The notes below the pieces were generated by a model, which saw only the letters and a list, made by a program, of their open reading frames with translations, was not told the DNA's origin and made no database searches. From a virus: 64,000 nt of DNA. How positions within the stretch are numbered: position 1 is the stretch's first letter; every line of letters starts with the position of its first letter. The stretch covers positions 5,936 to 69,935 of IMG/VR virus record IMGVR_UViG_3300046474_000061; one strand, given 5' to 3'. Below are positions 19,908-28,696 of the stretch, one piece after another. The position numbers and the translations under genes were made by a program.

Positions 19908-21086
19908 ATGTGCGGTCACGCTGGCATGATTGGTACTGGAATGAGCCGGGACGACATTCATATCCTTCGGGAGTTGGGTATTGTCTCACAGCTTAGGGGA
20001 TTGGATGGGGCTGGTATCTTCCAGGTTCGTTCAACAAAGCCTAACTATGTGTCGAGCAATTCGACATACCTCGATTGGGATTCGTTCTACAAGACGCCAT
20101 ATCCCTATTCGAACATGCTTCTCGAAGTAGAGGCAAGCAAGAATCCACAGGTACGAGACGTACTCAACAACACGATGGTTGACGTTGTGATGATGCATGT
20201 ACGAGCCTCTACTCGTGGTGTCGTATCGATGGATAACGCTCACCCGTTTGAATTCGATAACCTTGTTGGTGCTCATAATGGTACTCTCAAGGATCAGAAG
20301 TACAATCAACATCCCACAAAGACAGATTCGGAAATGATGTTCCGTGATATCTCTCAGAATGGGTTGGGGAATATACTGAACAAGATGGATCGTGACAGTG
20401 CATATGCCATTGTCATGTACAATAAGGCTGATCGTTGTGTGTACTTTGCACGTAACGAACTTCGGACGATGGCCTTTGCCTTCTTGAAAGATCGTTCGGT
20501 GATGTACTATGCGTCGGACTACAACATGCTCAAGTATGTTCTTGATCGTGCCAACGAAGAGTACACCATCTATCACATGAAGCCACGTGTCATCATCAAG
20601 GTGAAGGCATCTGACATCAACAAAACTAAGTGGAATGCTCCTCTTGATACTCTTCAGGTTCATGAGAAGCTCACTCAGTCGCATCCTGTTGCTTGGAATA
20701 AGTTCTATGAGGCAGAAGCTCGTAAGCAGAAGGCTGAAAAGAAAGAAGAGCAAGTCAAGAAGGTGGATGAAAAGTTCAAGATCCCCATGGCCGCCCCTTC
20801 CCAACAGGCTCTCGTCACTGTCCCTGAAAAGAAGGAGGATACGAACAACATCGTAAATTTTCCGAAGGGGCAGACACCTCAGACCAAGGAGCCAGGGCTC
20901 AAGTTCTCACCGAAGGGTTCCTACGTAAAGTGTGTATGTGGTTGTTCAACACTTAACCTGTTTCAGGCTGATCTTGCAATGAGAGGTCAACACAAGTCCG
21001 TGACATACCATTCGGATGACCAATTCCGTTGCACCAATTGCCCTGAATATAAGCTTGGAAAGGCTGAGGAGAATGCGGTCGGATAA
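19908..21086 (+). CDS. class II (Ntn) glutamine amidotransferase with Cys-rich C-terminus
   Basis: MCG start, RGLDGAG, HVRAST, NAHPF, AHNGT, TDSE. Confidence 0.88.
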   Translation: MCGHAGMIGTGMSRDDIHILRELGIVSQLRGLDGAGIFQVRSTKPNYVSSNSTYLDWDSFYKTPYPYSNMLLEVEASKNPQVRDVLNNTMVDVVMMHVRASTRGVVSMDNAHPFEFDNLVGAHNGTLKDQKYNQHPTKTDSEMMFRDISQNGLGNILNKMDRDSAYAIVMYNKADRCVYFARNELRTMAFAFLKDRSVMYYASDYNMLKYVLDRANEEYTIYHMKPRVIIKVKASDINKTKWNAPLDTLQVHEKLTQSHPVAWNKFYEAEARKQKAEKKEEQVKKVDEKFKIPMAAPSQQALVTVPEKKEDTNNIVNFPKGQTPQTKEPGLKFSPKGSYVKCVCGCSTLNLFQADLAMRGQHKSVTYHSDDQFRCTNCPEYKLGKAEENAVG

Positions 21087-21300
21087 TCCTTGGAATGATG
21101 TGATGTTCCCTTGTATTCTGATCTCTAATGAGACTGGAAATAAGTACCTCTTTCAAGGTGTTGGAACAGCACAAAGAGTGTATGATGACGGAACTCTAGG
21201 CCCTATGTCTGCCACATTGGCCAGGAGGCGTGCTCATTGGGAAATTGGTGAATTAAAATACGACCCTACTCAACAGGGCGACTTAGATGAGGATATTTAA
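21073..21300 (+). CDS. tagged protein 7 (ends ELKYDPTQQGDLDEDI)
   Basis: Tag at 21250-21300; likely ATG at 21073. Confidence 0.75.
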   Translation: MRSDNPWNDVMFPCILISNETGNKYLFQGVGTAQRVYDDGTLGPMSATLARRRAHWEIGELKYDPTQQGDLDEDI

Positions 21301-21509
21301 TGAAGATACGCATTTGGAAAGCAGTTACTGACAATGGTGATGGGAGTAATTCATCCCATATTTTCAAATCAAAGCAGGAAATGATTGAAGTCCTCGAATT
21401 GTTTGAAGTCGATGGCAACATGCAAGGCTCTGCTATTGATAGCGATGACTACACCGTCGAGTGGGCGTCGGAGATTTTTGATACAAAAGGTTTTGAGGTA
21501 ATCGAATAA
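21300..21509 (+). CDS. hypothetical protein
   Basis: TAATG overlap with tag 7; DNGDGS motif. Confidence 0.6.
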   Translation: MKIRIWKAVTDNGDGSNSSHIFKSKQEMIEVLELFEVDGNMQGSAIDSDDYTVEWASEIFDTKGFEVIE

Positions 21510-21524
21510 TGACTACTATTAAGA

Positions 21525-21977
21525 TTGGTGCTGATGGCCCAAGTTGACTTCAATGGGTATACATACGAAATTGATGAGTATGGTAACGTTTCAAAAAGAA
21601 GCGGCAAAGGTTTTGTAAAATGTTTTCCTGATAAGGATGGGTATTTAAAAATCACTATCAGAAATAAAAAGACAGAGCCTACTTATAATGAATATATTCA
21701 TCGGGCAGTATTTCGTACTTTCAATGGTGAAATACCAGAAGAGATGAGCGTTGACCATATAGATAAAGATCGTTTGAATAACCATAAAGACAATCTTCAA
21801 CTTATGACAATGGAAGACAATGCTGTAAAAGGTAATGCAGAAAATTGGTTTGTTATGTCACCTGATGGGAATGTTTTTGAAATCTATAATCTCAGAGCAT
21901 TCTGTAGGGAGAATAATCTCCATTCATCACATCTTGTGACACACTCATATAAAGGTTGGAAGGCTATTAAACAATGA
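21525..21977 (+). CDS. HNH homing endonuclease
   Basis: DKDGYL, IHRAV, VDHIDKDRLNNHKDNLQL; AT-rich. Confidence 0.85.
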   Translation: MVLMAQVDFNGYTYEIDEYGNVSKRSGKGFVKCFPDKDGYLKITIRNKKTEPTYNEYIHRAVFRTFNGEIPEEMSVDHIDKDRLNNHKDNLQLMTMEDNAVKGNAENWFVMSPDGNVFEIYNLRAFCRENNLHSSHLVTHSYKGWKAIKQ

Positions 21978-22690
21978 CAAATATTCGTATAGGATGCGAC
22001 CCTGAGGGCTTCCTTGTGGATGGCAATGGTGAGTTTGTTGCTGCATACGGTTACGTACCCGGTGACAAAGAGAACCCACATAAGCTCGACGGTGGTGCTG
22101 TCCAAGTGGATGGCTTTGCTGTCGAGTTCAACATTGATCCTGTCGAGACTGCAGATCAGTTTCATAAGAACATCAAGAAAGTCCTCTATCAGATCAATGA
22201 AATGATCCATTCGGTCGACAAGGGTATGAGCATTCGGTGGACTCCGATTGCAAAGTTCCGTTCGACCATTTGGAATATGGCCCCCGAACAGTGCAAGGTT
22301 CTTGGTTGTGATCCTGACTTTAATGTCAGTGGTCAGATGAATGAAAACCCTACGCAGAAGTTGGAAAACAATCCCATTCGTACGGCAGCAGGTCATATCC
22401 ATATCGGTTGGCTCGATGAATTGTTGGAAGATGCAACAATCAAGGACCATTTTGATATGTGCACTGACATTGCACGAGGGTTCTATCGTAGCAACCTGTC
22501 TTCCTATATTCCTCATACCAAGGAAGAAGTAGAACGTCTGAACTACTATGGTCACAGTGGTTCGTTCCGTCCCAAGAAGTATGGGATTGAACTTCGTTCT
22601 CCGAGTAACATTTGGGTTGCTCATGAGGAGTCGCAGAAGTTGATCTTCGATCAGACAAGGAAACGCTTCCATGAACTCACCGGTCTATAA
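21974..22690 (+). CDS. phiEco32-like COOH-NH2 ligase (type 2)
   Basis: IGCDPE, VQVDG..VEFN, GCDPD, AAGHIHIG, RPKKYGIELRSPSN. Confidence 0.88.
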   Translation: MTNIRIGCDPEGFLVDGNGEFVAAYGYVPGDKENPHKLDGGAVQVDGFAVEFNIDPVETADQFHKNIKKVLYQINEMIHSVDKGMSIRWTPIAKFRSTIWNMAPEQCKVLGCDPDFNVSGQMNENPTQKLENNPIRTAAGHIHIGWLDELLEDATIKDHFDMCTDIARGFYRSNLSSYIPHTKEEVERLNYYGHSGSFRPKKYGIELRSPSNIWVAHEESQKLIFDQTRKRFHELTGL

Positions 22691-22946
22691 AGTTGGCAAT
22701 AGAGTTAGTACTGGTACCCTCTTCAAACGACATGGATATAAAGTAGGGACTGTAGTTTATGTATCTCCATCTCTTACATACTATGTTCGTGTAGAAGGTT
22801 ATCCCTACGATAGTAGAGAGTATCCGGGTTTTCCTAGTGGTGATGTTCATATGTGGAGTATCGATTCTATGAATACCTATGGAATGTGTTTGGATGAATT
22901 AGAATATGATCCTACTCAGCAAGGTGATTTGGATGATGACATTTAA
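22671..22946 (+). CDS. tagged protein 8 (ends ELEYDPTQQGDLDDDI)
   Basis: Tag at 22896-22946; YKVGNRV start. Confidence 0.8.
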   Translation: MNSPVYKVGNRVSTGTLFKRHGYKVGTVVYVSPSLTYYVRVEGYPYDSREYPGFPSGDVHMWSIDSMNTYGMCLDELEYDPTQQGDLDDDI

Positions 22947-22988
22947 TCATCATTGGTTTTAGCAGAGCTAAAGAGGACGACATTTAAG

Positions 22989-23618
22989 ATGAGACAGAAG
23001 TATAAAGGTGAAGATATCAAGGCTCGTCTTCATCACACGATCATTCGTTACGACAATGTGCCGTATATGTGTGACGTGGACAGTGCTGGTTCGATTGGTC
23101 TGATGGACCTCGCAACCGGTTCGAGTGTTGGTCGCGTATTGTCAGACGACCCCAAGCTCGACATTTCCAGTATCAATATTGGGTTTGTCAATGTCATTCA
23201 TCCTAATTACAAGTGCGCTGTATACCTAAAGCGTGAGCCTTTTCGGAAGTTCAAGCAGGGTATCGAGCTGCACTCGTTGACGCAGAAGGTTCTGCACAAT
23301 GGGGTGACGACGGTCGATCATTCAGTACTCTCTTCGAAACAATTCGTTGATGCAGTATTGGGTAAGTTCCCATCGTACAAGGATGCCCTTGACCTTCTGA
23401 CGAAGAAGGGTTTTCAGTCAGTTGCTATCTCTCGTGACGTAGCACTGAAGAAAGAGGATGAACTCCTCAAGGTTTACCTGAAGGATACAGAGGTTGGGTT
23501 CATTAAGCTCAGCCTTAATCTGACTAAGGTGTTTGTTCCCCGGACGGAACAGAGCTACTACCATATGGTACTGCTCGAAGACATCAAGGGTTGGGACGTA
23601 GTTGAAGGTGTAAGGTAA
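22989..23618 (+). CDS. hypothetical protein within ligase cassette
   Basis: ATG at 22989; REPFRKFKQGI and VAISRDVAL segments. Confidence 0.7.
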   Translation: MRQKYKGEDIKARLHHTIIRYDNVPYMCDVDSAGSIGLMDLATGSSVGRVLSDDPKLDISSINIGFVNVIHPNYKCAVYLKREPFRKFKQGIELHSLTQKVLHNGVTTVDHSVLSSKQFVDAVLGKFPSYKDALDLLTKKGFQSVAISRDVALKKEDELLKVYLKDTEVGFIKLSLNLTKVFVPRTEQSYYHMVLLEDIKGWDVVEGVR

Positions 23619-23619
23619 C

Positions 23620-24666
23620 ATGGCACAGCAAGTTTCTACAATTTATGATATCATGAAGTCTCAGGGTCGCTTCACTGGCAACAAGGTTAAGGGTGCTGTC
23701 GGTGTTGAAATCGAGACTGAGACCAAAAAGAAATACGACTATCCATTGATGAAGTACTGGAACACAGTCAAGGACAACTCCTTGCGTGACTTCGGTGTCG
23801 AGTATGTCCTCAAGGCCCCCATGGATATGCCCGAATTTGAGAAGGCTCTGGCAGAATTTGATCAGGCAGAGAAGAAATATAAGTTCGAGAAGGGTTCAAT
23901 CTCGACTTCAGTGCATGTCCATGTAAATATGTTGGACGATACGTACTTGACATTGGCGAACTTTGCCACTGCGTATACTCTGGTGGAGAATCCTCTCATC
24001 AGATACTCAGGTCCAGATCGTCTCTCGAACCTGTTTTGTCTCCCGATCTGTGATGCAGAAGGTGTTAAGGACAATCTTGTTCACCTATTCCAGAATGTCA
24101 ACAGGAATATGTGGAATCGTGTATCTGTTGATGCCAATAGGTGTAAGTATGGTGCCCTTAATCCGGCTCCTATCTCCACTCTTGGTACTTTTGAGATCCG
24201 TTCTTTCCGTGGTGAGACAGATGTCAAGGTAATTCAGAGTTGGGTTGACATCGTTTTGAAGCTGAAAGAGTTTGCCCGTCGTCCGGGACTGACACCTCCG
24301 GATATTCTTCTCATGTGGAAGAACAATAAGAGTGCCATCTTAGAGATTATCTTCCAAGAATATGCATCTGAACTTCGCTTCAAGGACCCAAAGACAGGCA
24401 AGGATGCAACAGAGGATTTGATCTATCAGAACCTCAAATATGCTGCTGACATTGCTGCTGTCTCTAAGGATTGGACGAAGTTTGGTATCCTCAAGCTCAA
24501 GCCAGTCTATTTAGAGAAGTGCAAGGATGCCTTGGATGCTTTGTCACAGAAGCGTTTCCAGGTTCCCTTCGATAGTCTTCCCTACCATGAACGATTGGTT
24601 GTCCTTGAGCTTTATCATCGGAACAATCCCAATCAGAAGGTAGTGTCTATCAATGAAGACCTATGA
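23620..24666 (+). CDS. putative amidoligase (glutamine-synthetase-like COOH-NH2 ligase)
   Basis: GVEIE, DNSLR..GVEYV, SVHVHVN, KYGALN, TFEIRSF. Confidence 0.87.
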   Translation: MAQQVSTIYDIMKSQGRFTGNKVKGAVGVEIETETKKKYDYPLMKYWNTVKDNSLRDFGVEYVLKAPMDMPEFEKALAEFDQAEKKYKFEKGSISTSVHVHVNMLDDTYLTLANFATAYTLVENPLIRYSGPDRLSNLFCLPICDAEGVKDNLVHLFQNVNRNMWNRVSVDANRCKYGALNPAPISTLGTFEIRSFRGETDVKVIQSWVDIVLKLKEFARRPGLTPPDILLMWKNNKSAILEIIFQEYASELRFKDPKTGKDATEDLIYQNLKYAADIAAVSKDWTKFGILKLKPVYLEKCKDALDALSQKRFQVPFDSLPYHERLVVLELYHRNNPNQKVVSINEDL

Positions 24667-24937
24667 ACCACTGACAAAGAAAATCTCTGAACTTCCTGAT
24701 GGTACAGAGTTTGGTCCTATCAATTGGTTAAAAGGAAATAATCCCATCGGTCTATATTGGATTTCTCACAGGAAAAATAATCAGATGTTTCTAGGCCATA
24801 ATGACTGGTCCGGAAGCCTCCTCGAATGGAATCTAGAAGCTTTCGATGGCTATGTTAATAAAATGGGATGGGTTATGTCCACCCAAGAACTTCAATATGA
24901 TCCGACCCAACAGGGCGACACAGAAGAGGATATTTGA
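24653..24937 (+). CDS. tagged protein 9 (ends ELQYDPTQQGDTEEDI)
   Basis: Tag at 24887-24937. Confidence 0.8.
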   Translation: MKTYEPLTKKISELPDGTEFGPINWLKGNNPIGLYWISHRKNNQMFLGHNDWSGSLLEWNLEAFDGYVNKMGWVMSTQELQYDPTQQGDTEEDI

Positions 24938-24938
24938 A

Positions 24939-25739
24939 ATGTCTATTACCGCAATGTTCTCATACAATCAGTTCTCCGAAGGTGGTAAGGAACTGGCTGA
25001 TGCACTCTCTATTCCACGTATCAAGCATTCTGGTTCGAAGTTCAAGGCGACTTCCAGCAAGACCCTGTTGAATTGGGGTGCTACCTCTGACCGGTTCCCG
25101 AAGGAATATCTTTCGTGCCGAGTCCTGAACCCACCATCTGCTGTCGACAATGCAGTGGATAAGATTCGTTCCTTTGATATCTTCAAGGCTGCGAAGGTTT
25201 CCATCCCTGAGTTCACGACAAATAGGCAACAGGCTATCGAGTGGCTGAATGCTGGTTCGATGGTGTTTGCTCGTACTCAGCTTCGTGCACACTCTGGTCG
25301 TGGTATTGTCATCATGGACCCTGAGTTCCCTGAAACTTGGGAAGTGACTGCCCCTCTCTTTGTCAAGTACGTACCGAAGAAGGATGAGTATCGTATCCAT
25401 GTGATGCGTGGTCAGGTTGTGGACATCCAGCGTAAAGGTCTGAAGGCAGAGCTTCAGGGTACGGAAGGAGTCAACTTTAAGATCCGTAACCTTGCCAACG
25501 GCTTCATCTATACCCGTAATGACAATGCTGGTATGGCTCTGATCTTGTCTGCATCTGTCCCTCAGAATGTCAAGGAAGTAGCTGTTCAGGCAGTTGCTGC
25601 TCTTAGTCTCGACTTCGGTGCAGCAGACATCATCTGGAATGATAAACAGAAGAAGGCGTATTGCCTTGAAGTGAATACGGCTCCGGGTCTCTCGGGTTCT
25701 ACCATCACCAACTATGCCGAAGCAATGGCCGGTTTCTAA
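24939..25739 (+). CDS. ATP-grasp ligase (RimK-like)
   Basis: HSGRGI, KYVPKKDEYRIHV, DFGAADI, LEVNTAPG; ATG at 24939. Confidence 0.88.
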   Translation: MSITAMFSYNQFSEGGKELADALSIPRIKHSGSKFKATSSKTLLNWGATSDRFPKEYLSCRVLNPPSAVDNAVDKIRSFDIFKAAKVSIPEFTTNRQQAIEWLNAGSMVFARTQLRAHSGRGIVIMDPEFPETWEVTAPLFVKYVPKKDEYRIHVMRGQVVDIQRKGLKAELQGTEGVNFKIRNLANGFIYTRNDNAGMALILSASVPQNVKEVAVQAVAALSLDFGAADIIWNDKQKKAYCLEVNTAPGLSGSTITNYAEAMAGF

Positions 25740-25758
25740 TACAAGGTTTGATATTTAA

Positions 25759-26907
25759 ATGTGTGTGATTTTTCACTTTACTCCAGGCTCTAGTCTGAAC
25801 AAGCAGCAGTTCATCAATGCTGTCCACAACAATTGGCATGGCTACGGTCTTGTCATGGTGGATGGTAACAAACAAATCCAAATGGTGAAGGGCTTCAATG
25901 AAGAGGGTACTGACCCTGAAGTCCTCTGGAAGTTGATTACCGACAACAATGATATCGATCGGTATCTCCACATCCGTCATTCGACCAAGGGTGCAACAGA
26001 TGAAACAAACGTACAACCGTTCCCGGTCTATTCATCTAATGATCGGATTGTGTATTTTATGCACAATGGTACTCTTGGGTATGCTTTTGGTTCAAACAAC
26101 ACTGGCAAGTCTGACACCCTAGAGTTTTGTGAAAAGATCCTTCAGCCAGCACTCCTCCGTTGGACTGGTGCAGAAGGTAAGGGTGATTACACGGATGAAG
26201 AGTTCTTTCGGCTAGTAGTGGACAAACAGTGGGTTGATAGCTCGACTGGTTTGTTCTGCTCGAATGATCTTGCCCCTCGTCGTATCGGGAAGAACTGGTC
26301 CCAGTACAAACATCCTGACATCTCATCATCAGGTGAGGTTTGGGTGTCCAACACGCTATACTTTGAGAAGGTGTCGCGTGGTCCAATGTTTCAAAAGCTC
26401 GAAGCTGAACGCAAAGCAGCAGAGGCGGCAAGAGCGGCGCAAACGTCGAAGAAGGAGGTAGCTCCTGAACATGGTGGCCCTTTTTGGGAGGACCACATGG
26501 ACGACCACTGGGGGTGGCCTCACCAGTATCCAGGCCACAACGGGCATCCGACTACGGGTGGGGCTCAGAGTGGTGTGGGGTCGAATATTAGGAAGTGGTC
26601 AGACTCCAACGCAGCAAAATCTCCTAAGCTCCTCAAGGCGATGTCAGAGGTTGTCAACACTTGGGACTTCGAAGATGAGGAAGATATCAAAGAACTCATC
26701 AACCTGACTCAGGAAGAGTGGTATGATATCATCGAAGAGAATCATGGTGAATGGTTCGCTATCGCCATGCTCGGTCAGATCCTTGAACACTACAATCGTA
26801 TGTTCATTCGAAACAAGTTCCTTGAGAACAAGCTGAAGAAGGCTGAAGCTCGTATTATTGCAATGAAGAAGGGAGAAGAACCTAATGCAAATTCGGAAGC
26901 CGCGTAG
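25759..26907 (+). CDS. class II (Ntn) glutamine amidotransferase, second copy
   Basis: MCVI start, NWHGYG, HIRHST, NVQPF, MHNGTL, SDT. Confidence 0.85.
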   Translation: MCVIFHFTPGSSLNKQQFINAVHNNWHGYGLVMVDGNKQIQMVKGFNEEGTDPEVLWKLITDNNDIDRYLHIRHSTKGATDETNVQPFPVYSSNDRIVYFMHNGTLGYAFGSNNTGKSDTLEFCEKILQPALLRWTGAEGKGDYTDEEFFRLVVDKQWVDSSTGLFCSNDLAPRRIGKNWSQYKHPDISSSGEVWVSNTLYFEKVSRGPMFQKLEAERKAAEAARAAQTSKKEVAPEHGGPFWEDHMDDHWGWPHQYPGHNGHPTTGGAQSGVGSNIRKWSDSNAAKSPKLLKAMSEVVNTWDFEDEEDIKELINLTQEEWYDIIEENHGEWFAIAMLGQILEHYNRMFIRNKFLENKLKKAEARIIAMKKGEEPNANSEAA

Positions 26908-27490
26908 TAATAGCTTCACTATGATGAAGGAGGCTAACTCGAACACTCCAGACTTCCGTGCTCTGAAAAGAGGAACGCATGATGAATTCCCCGTGCTAGT
27001 TACGGGGAACATGCGACACGGGAGGAACAAGAATGATATCCTTGAGGGCTGCCATTACTACGGGCCAGCTATGTCCTTCGATGATAACTATATCATGCAG
27101 AGGAACAAGAATGTCAAATCGGTCCACAATATCCCTGAGCCTTTTGTGTTCACCTTTGAGAAGGGTGAGATCCAGACATCTCATGGACTATTCAGAGATC
27201 AAGACCAGAAGCATATCGAAGGTGATGTGTATGGTGTACCCCTCCGTAAACTGACACAACTTGACCGTATCGAAGGTAACGGAGATATGATTGAACGTCA
27301 GCAACGTTGGGTCACCTTCATGTCTCCAATTCAGAAGGAGAAGAGTATCCGTGCTTGGGTCTACGTGGTCGATCTTAAACAATACCTTGACGCCTTCTCG
27401 GGATCGAACAATCTGGAAATCTGCCGCAGTTATGGATGTAATAATCCAAGGGATGAGGAGTTTGTCGATGTCTACTACCATTCCTATTAA
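26885..27490 (+). CDS. gamma-glutamylcyclotransferase-like protein, divergent second copy
   Basis: VTGNMRHG in place of YGTL, IEGDVY, LDRIEG, AWVY. Confidence 0.65.
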   Translation: MQIRKPRSNSFTMMKEANSNTPDFRALKRGTHDEFPVLVTGNMRHGRNKNDILEGCHYYGPAMSFDDNYIMQRNKNVKSVHNIPEPFVFTFEKGEIQTSHGLFRDQDQKHIEGDVYGVPLRKLTQLDRIEGNGDMIERQQRWVTFMSPIQKEKSIRAWVYVVDLKQYLDAFSGSNNLEICRSYGCNNPRDEEFVDVYYHSY

Positions 27491-27746
27491 TATAGGGGAT
27501 GAAATTACTCACAATCAGTACAGTCACCTCAAAGGAGAAGTCCTTGAAGTGTTCTTGAATAGTAAAGGATATGGTCCAACTCCTAATAAAATGGAGCCAT
27601 TCATCAGAGCAAGATGGGTAGCACACTATGAGGGTTCGGAAAAGACTGGATCCCCATACACCGCCACTGAGCCTGCTGAAAATGTTCGTCCTGCACAACT
27701 TCAATACGATCCCACGCAGCAGGGAGATTTAGAGGAAGATATTTGA
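27468..27746 (+). CDS. tagged protein 10 (ends QLQYDPTQQGDLEEDI)
   Basis: GAGGAG then ATG at 27468; tag at 27696-27746. Confidence 0.8.
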   Translation: MSTTIPINIGDEITHNQYSHLKGEVLEVFLNSKGYGPTPNKMEPFIRARWVAHYEGSEKTGSPYTATEPAENVRPAQLQYDPTQQGDLEEDI

Positions 27747-27747
27747 A

Positions 27748-28077
27748 ATGAAATTTGCATTAGGTAGTTTTATTAAGTATACTAATAAGAATACTAAGAC
27801 TGAGATCTTCGGCACCGTTATTGCTGGTGAACACGATATGCATCTCGTTCTTGTGGAAGGTGGGAAGACGAATTCACAACTAGGTCGAACTTCTTTCTAT
27901 AAGAATTATGCCTCGACATTTCTCTCTCAGTATTTTAACAAAGACGCAACCTATAATACTCTTTATAGAACCAAGAGTGATAAGGCTATCTGGATATCTG
28001 CTCGGAGTAAGAATCTTGTCTCAGGTGTCTTGACGTATGACGCCACACAACAAGGGGATACCGATGAGGATATTTAG
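27748..28077 (+). CDS. tagged protein 11 (ends VLTYDATQQGDTDEDI)
   Basis: Tag at 28027-28077. Confidence 0.8.
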   Translation: MKFALGSFIKYTNKNTKTEIFGTVIAGEHDMHLVLVEGGKTNSQLGRTSFYKNYASTFLSQYFNKDATYNTLYRTKSDKAIWISARSKNLVSGVLTYDATQQGDTDEDI

Positions 28078-28372
28078 TGTAATCAAAGAGGTCTTGATAT
28101 ATCTCGGAATTATGACTGCCAAACCTAAATTTCAAATAGGGGATAAGGTAAGCTATAGAACGTTTGATGAGTTTTGTTTGTGGAAAGACGGAGAAATTGT
28201 TTCCATCGAATACTCTATTGGTAGCCACATATACTATGGTGTCATCTTTCATGACAGTCTTTCATACAAAGAGTTTGCGATATCAACATCAGAGCGATCT
28301 CTTATTTTGGTTGCCCCTAAGCAACTAGAGTATGATCCTAAGCAGCAAGGAGATCTAGATGAAGACATTTAA
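28064..28372 (+). CDS. tagged protein 12 (ends QLEYDPKQQGDLDEDI)
   Basis: ATG at 28064 inside tag 11; tag at 28322-28372. Confidence 0.8.
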   Translation: MRIFSVIKEVLIYLGIMTAKPKFQIGDKVSYRTFDEFCLWKDGEIVSIEYSIGSHIYYGVIFHDSLSYKEFAISTSERSLILVAPKQLEYDPKQQGDLDEDI

Positions 28373-28670
28373 TATAGGTGATATCGTCAACATAGATATC
28401 CCCGGTAGTTCCATGGGTATCAAAGCCGGTATCATTGAACAAGTGGATTCATGGACAGAAACCTATGACGACTGGGATGAGGATGAAGATGGTGAACCAC
28501 CAGAGCCTCAAGAATTCGTTGAGTACATAATCTACGTCACTGATCCGCCAGATCTCAAAGTAGGTCATGGTAGGGACAACAAGTGTTGGTATGTTGACCA
28601 ATCTTACGTAACACTTGGTGAACTTCAATACGATCCAACAAAACAAGAGGATGGTGATGATGATCTTTGA
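28359..28670 (+). CDS. tagged protein 13 (ends ELQYDPTKQEDGDDDL)
   Basis: ATG inside tag 12; variant tag at 28620-28670; FNIGDIV start. Confidence 0.8.
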   Translation: MKTFNIGDIVNIDIPGSSMGIKAGIIEQVDSWTETYDDWDEDEDGEPPEPQEFVEYIIYVTDPPDLKVGHGRDNKCWYVDQSYVTLGELQYDPTKQEDGDDDL

Positions 28671-28696
28671 CATCATTGGATTTAGCGGAGCTAAAG

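Noticed and set aside
16633-22672. Long antisense ORFs (16633-17316, 20031-20804, 21884-22672; also 48906-50066)
   Set aside because: Shadows of codon-biased genes on the opposite strand, with no recognisable motifs
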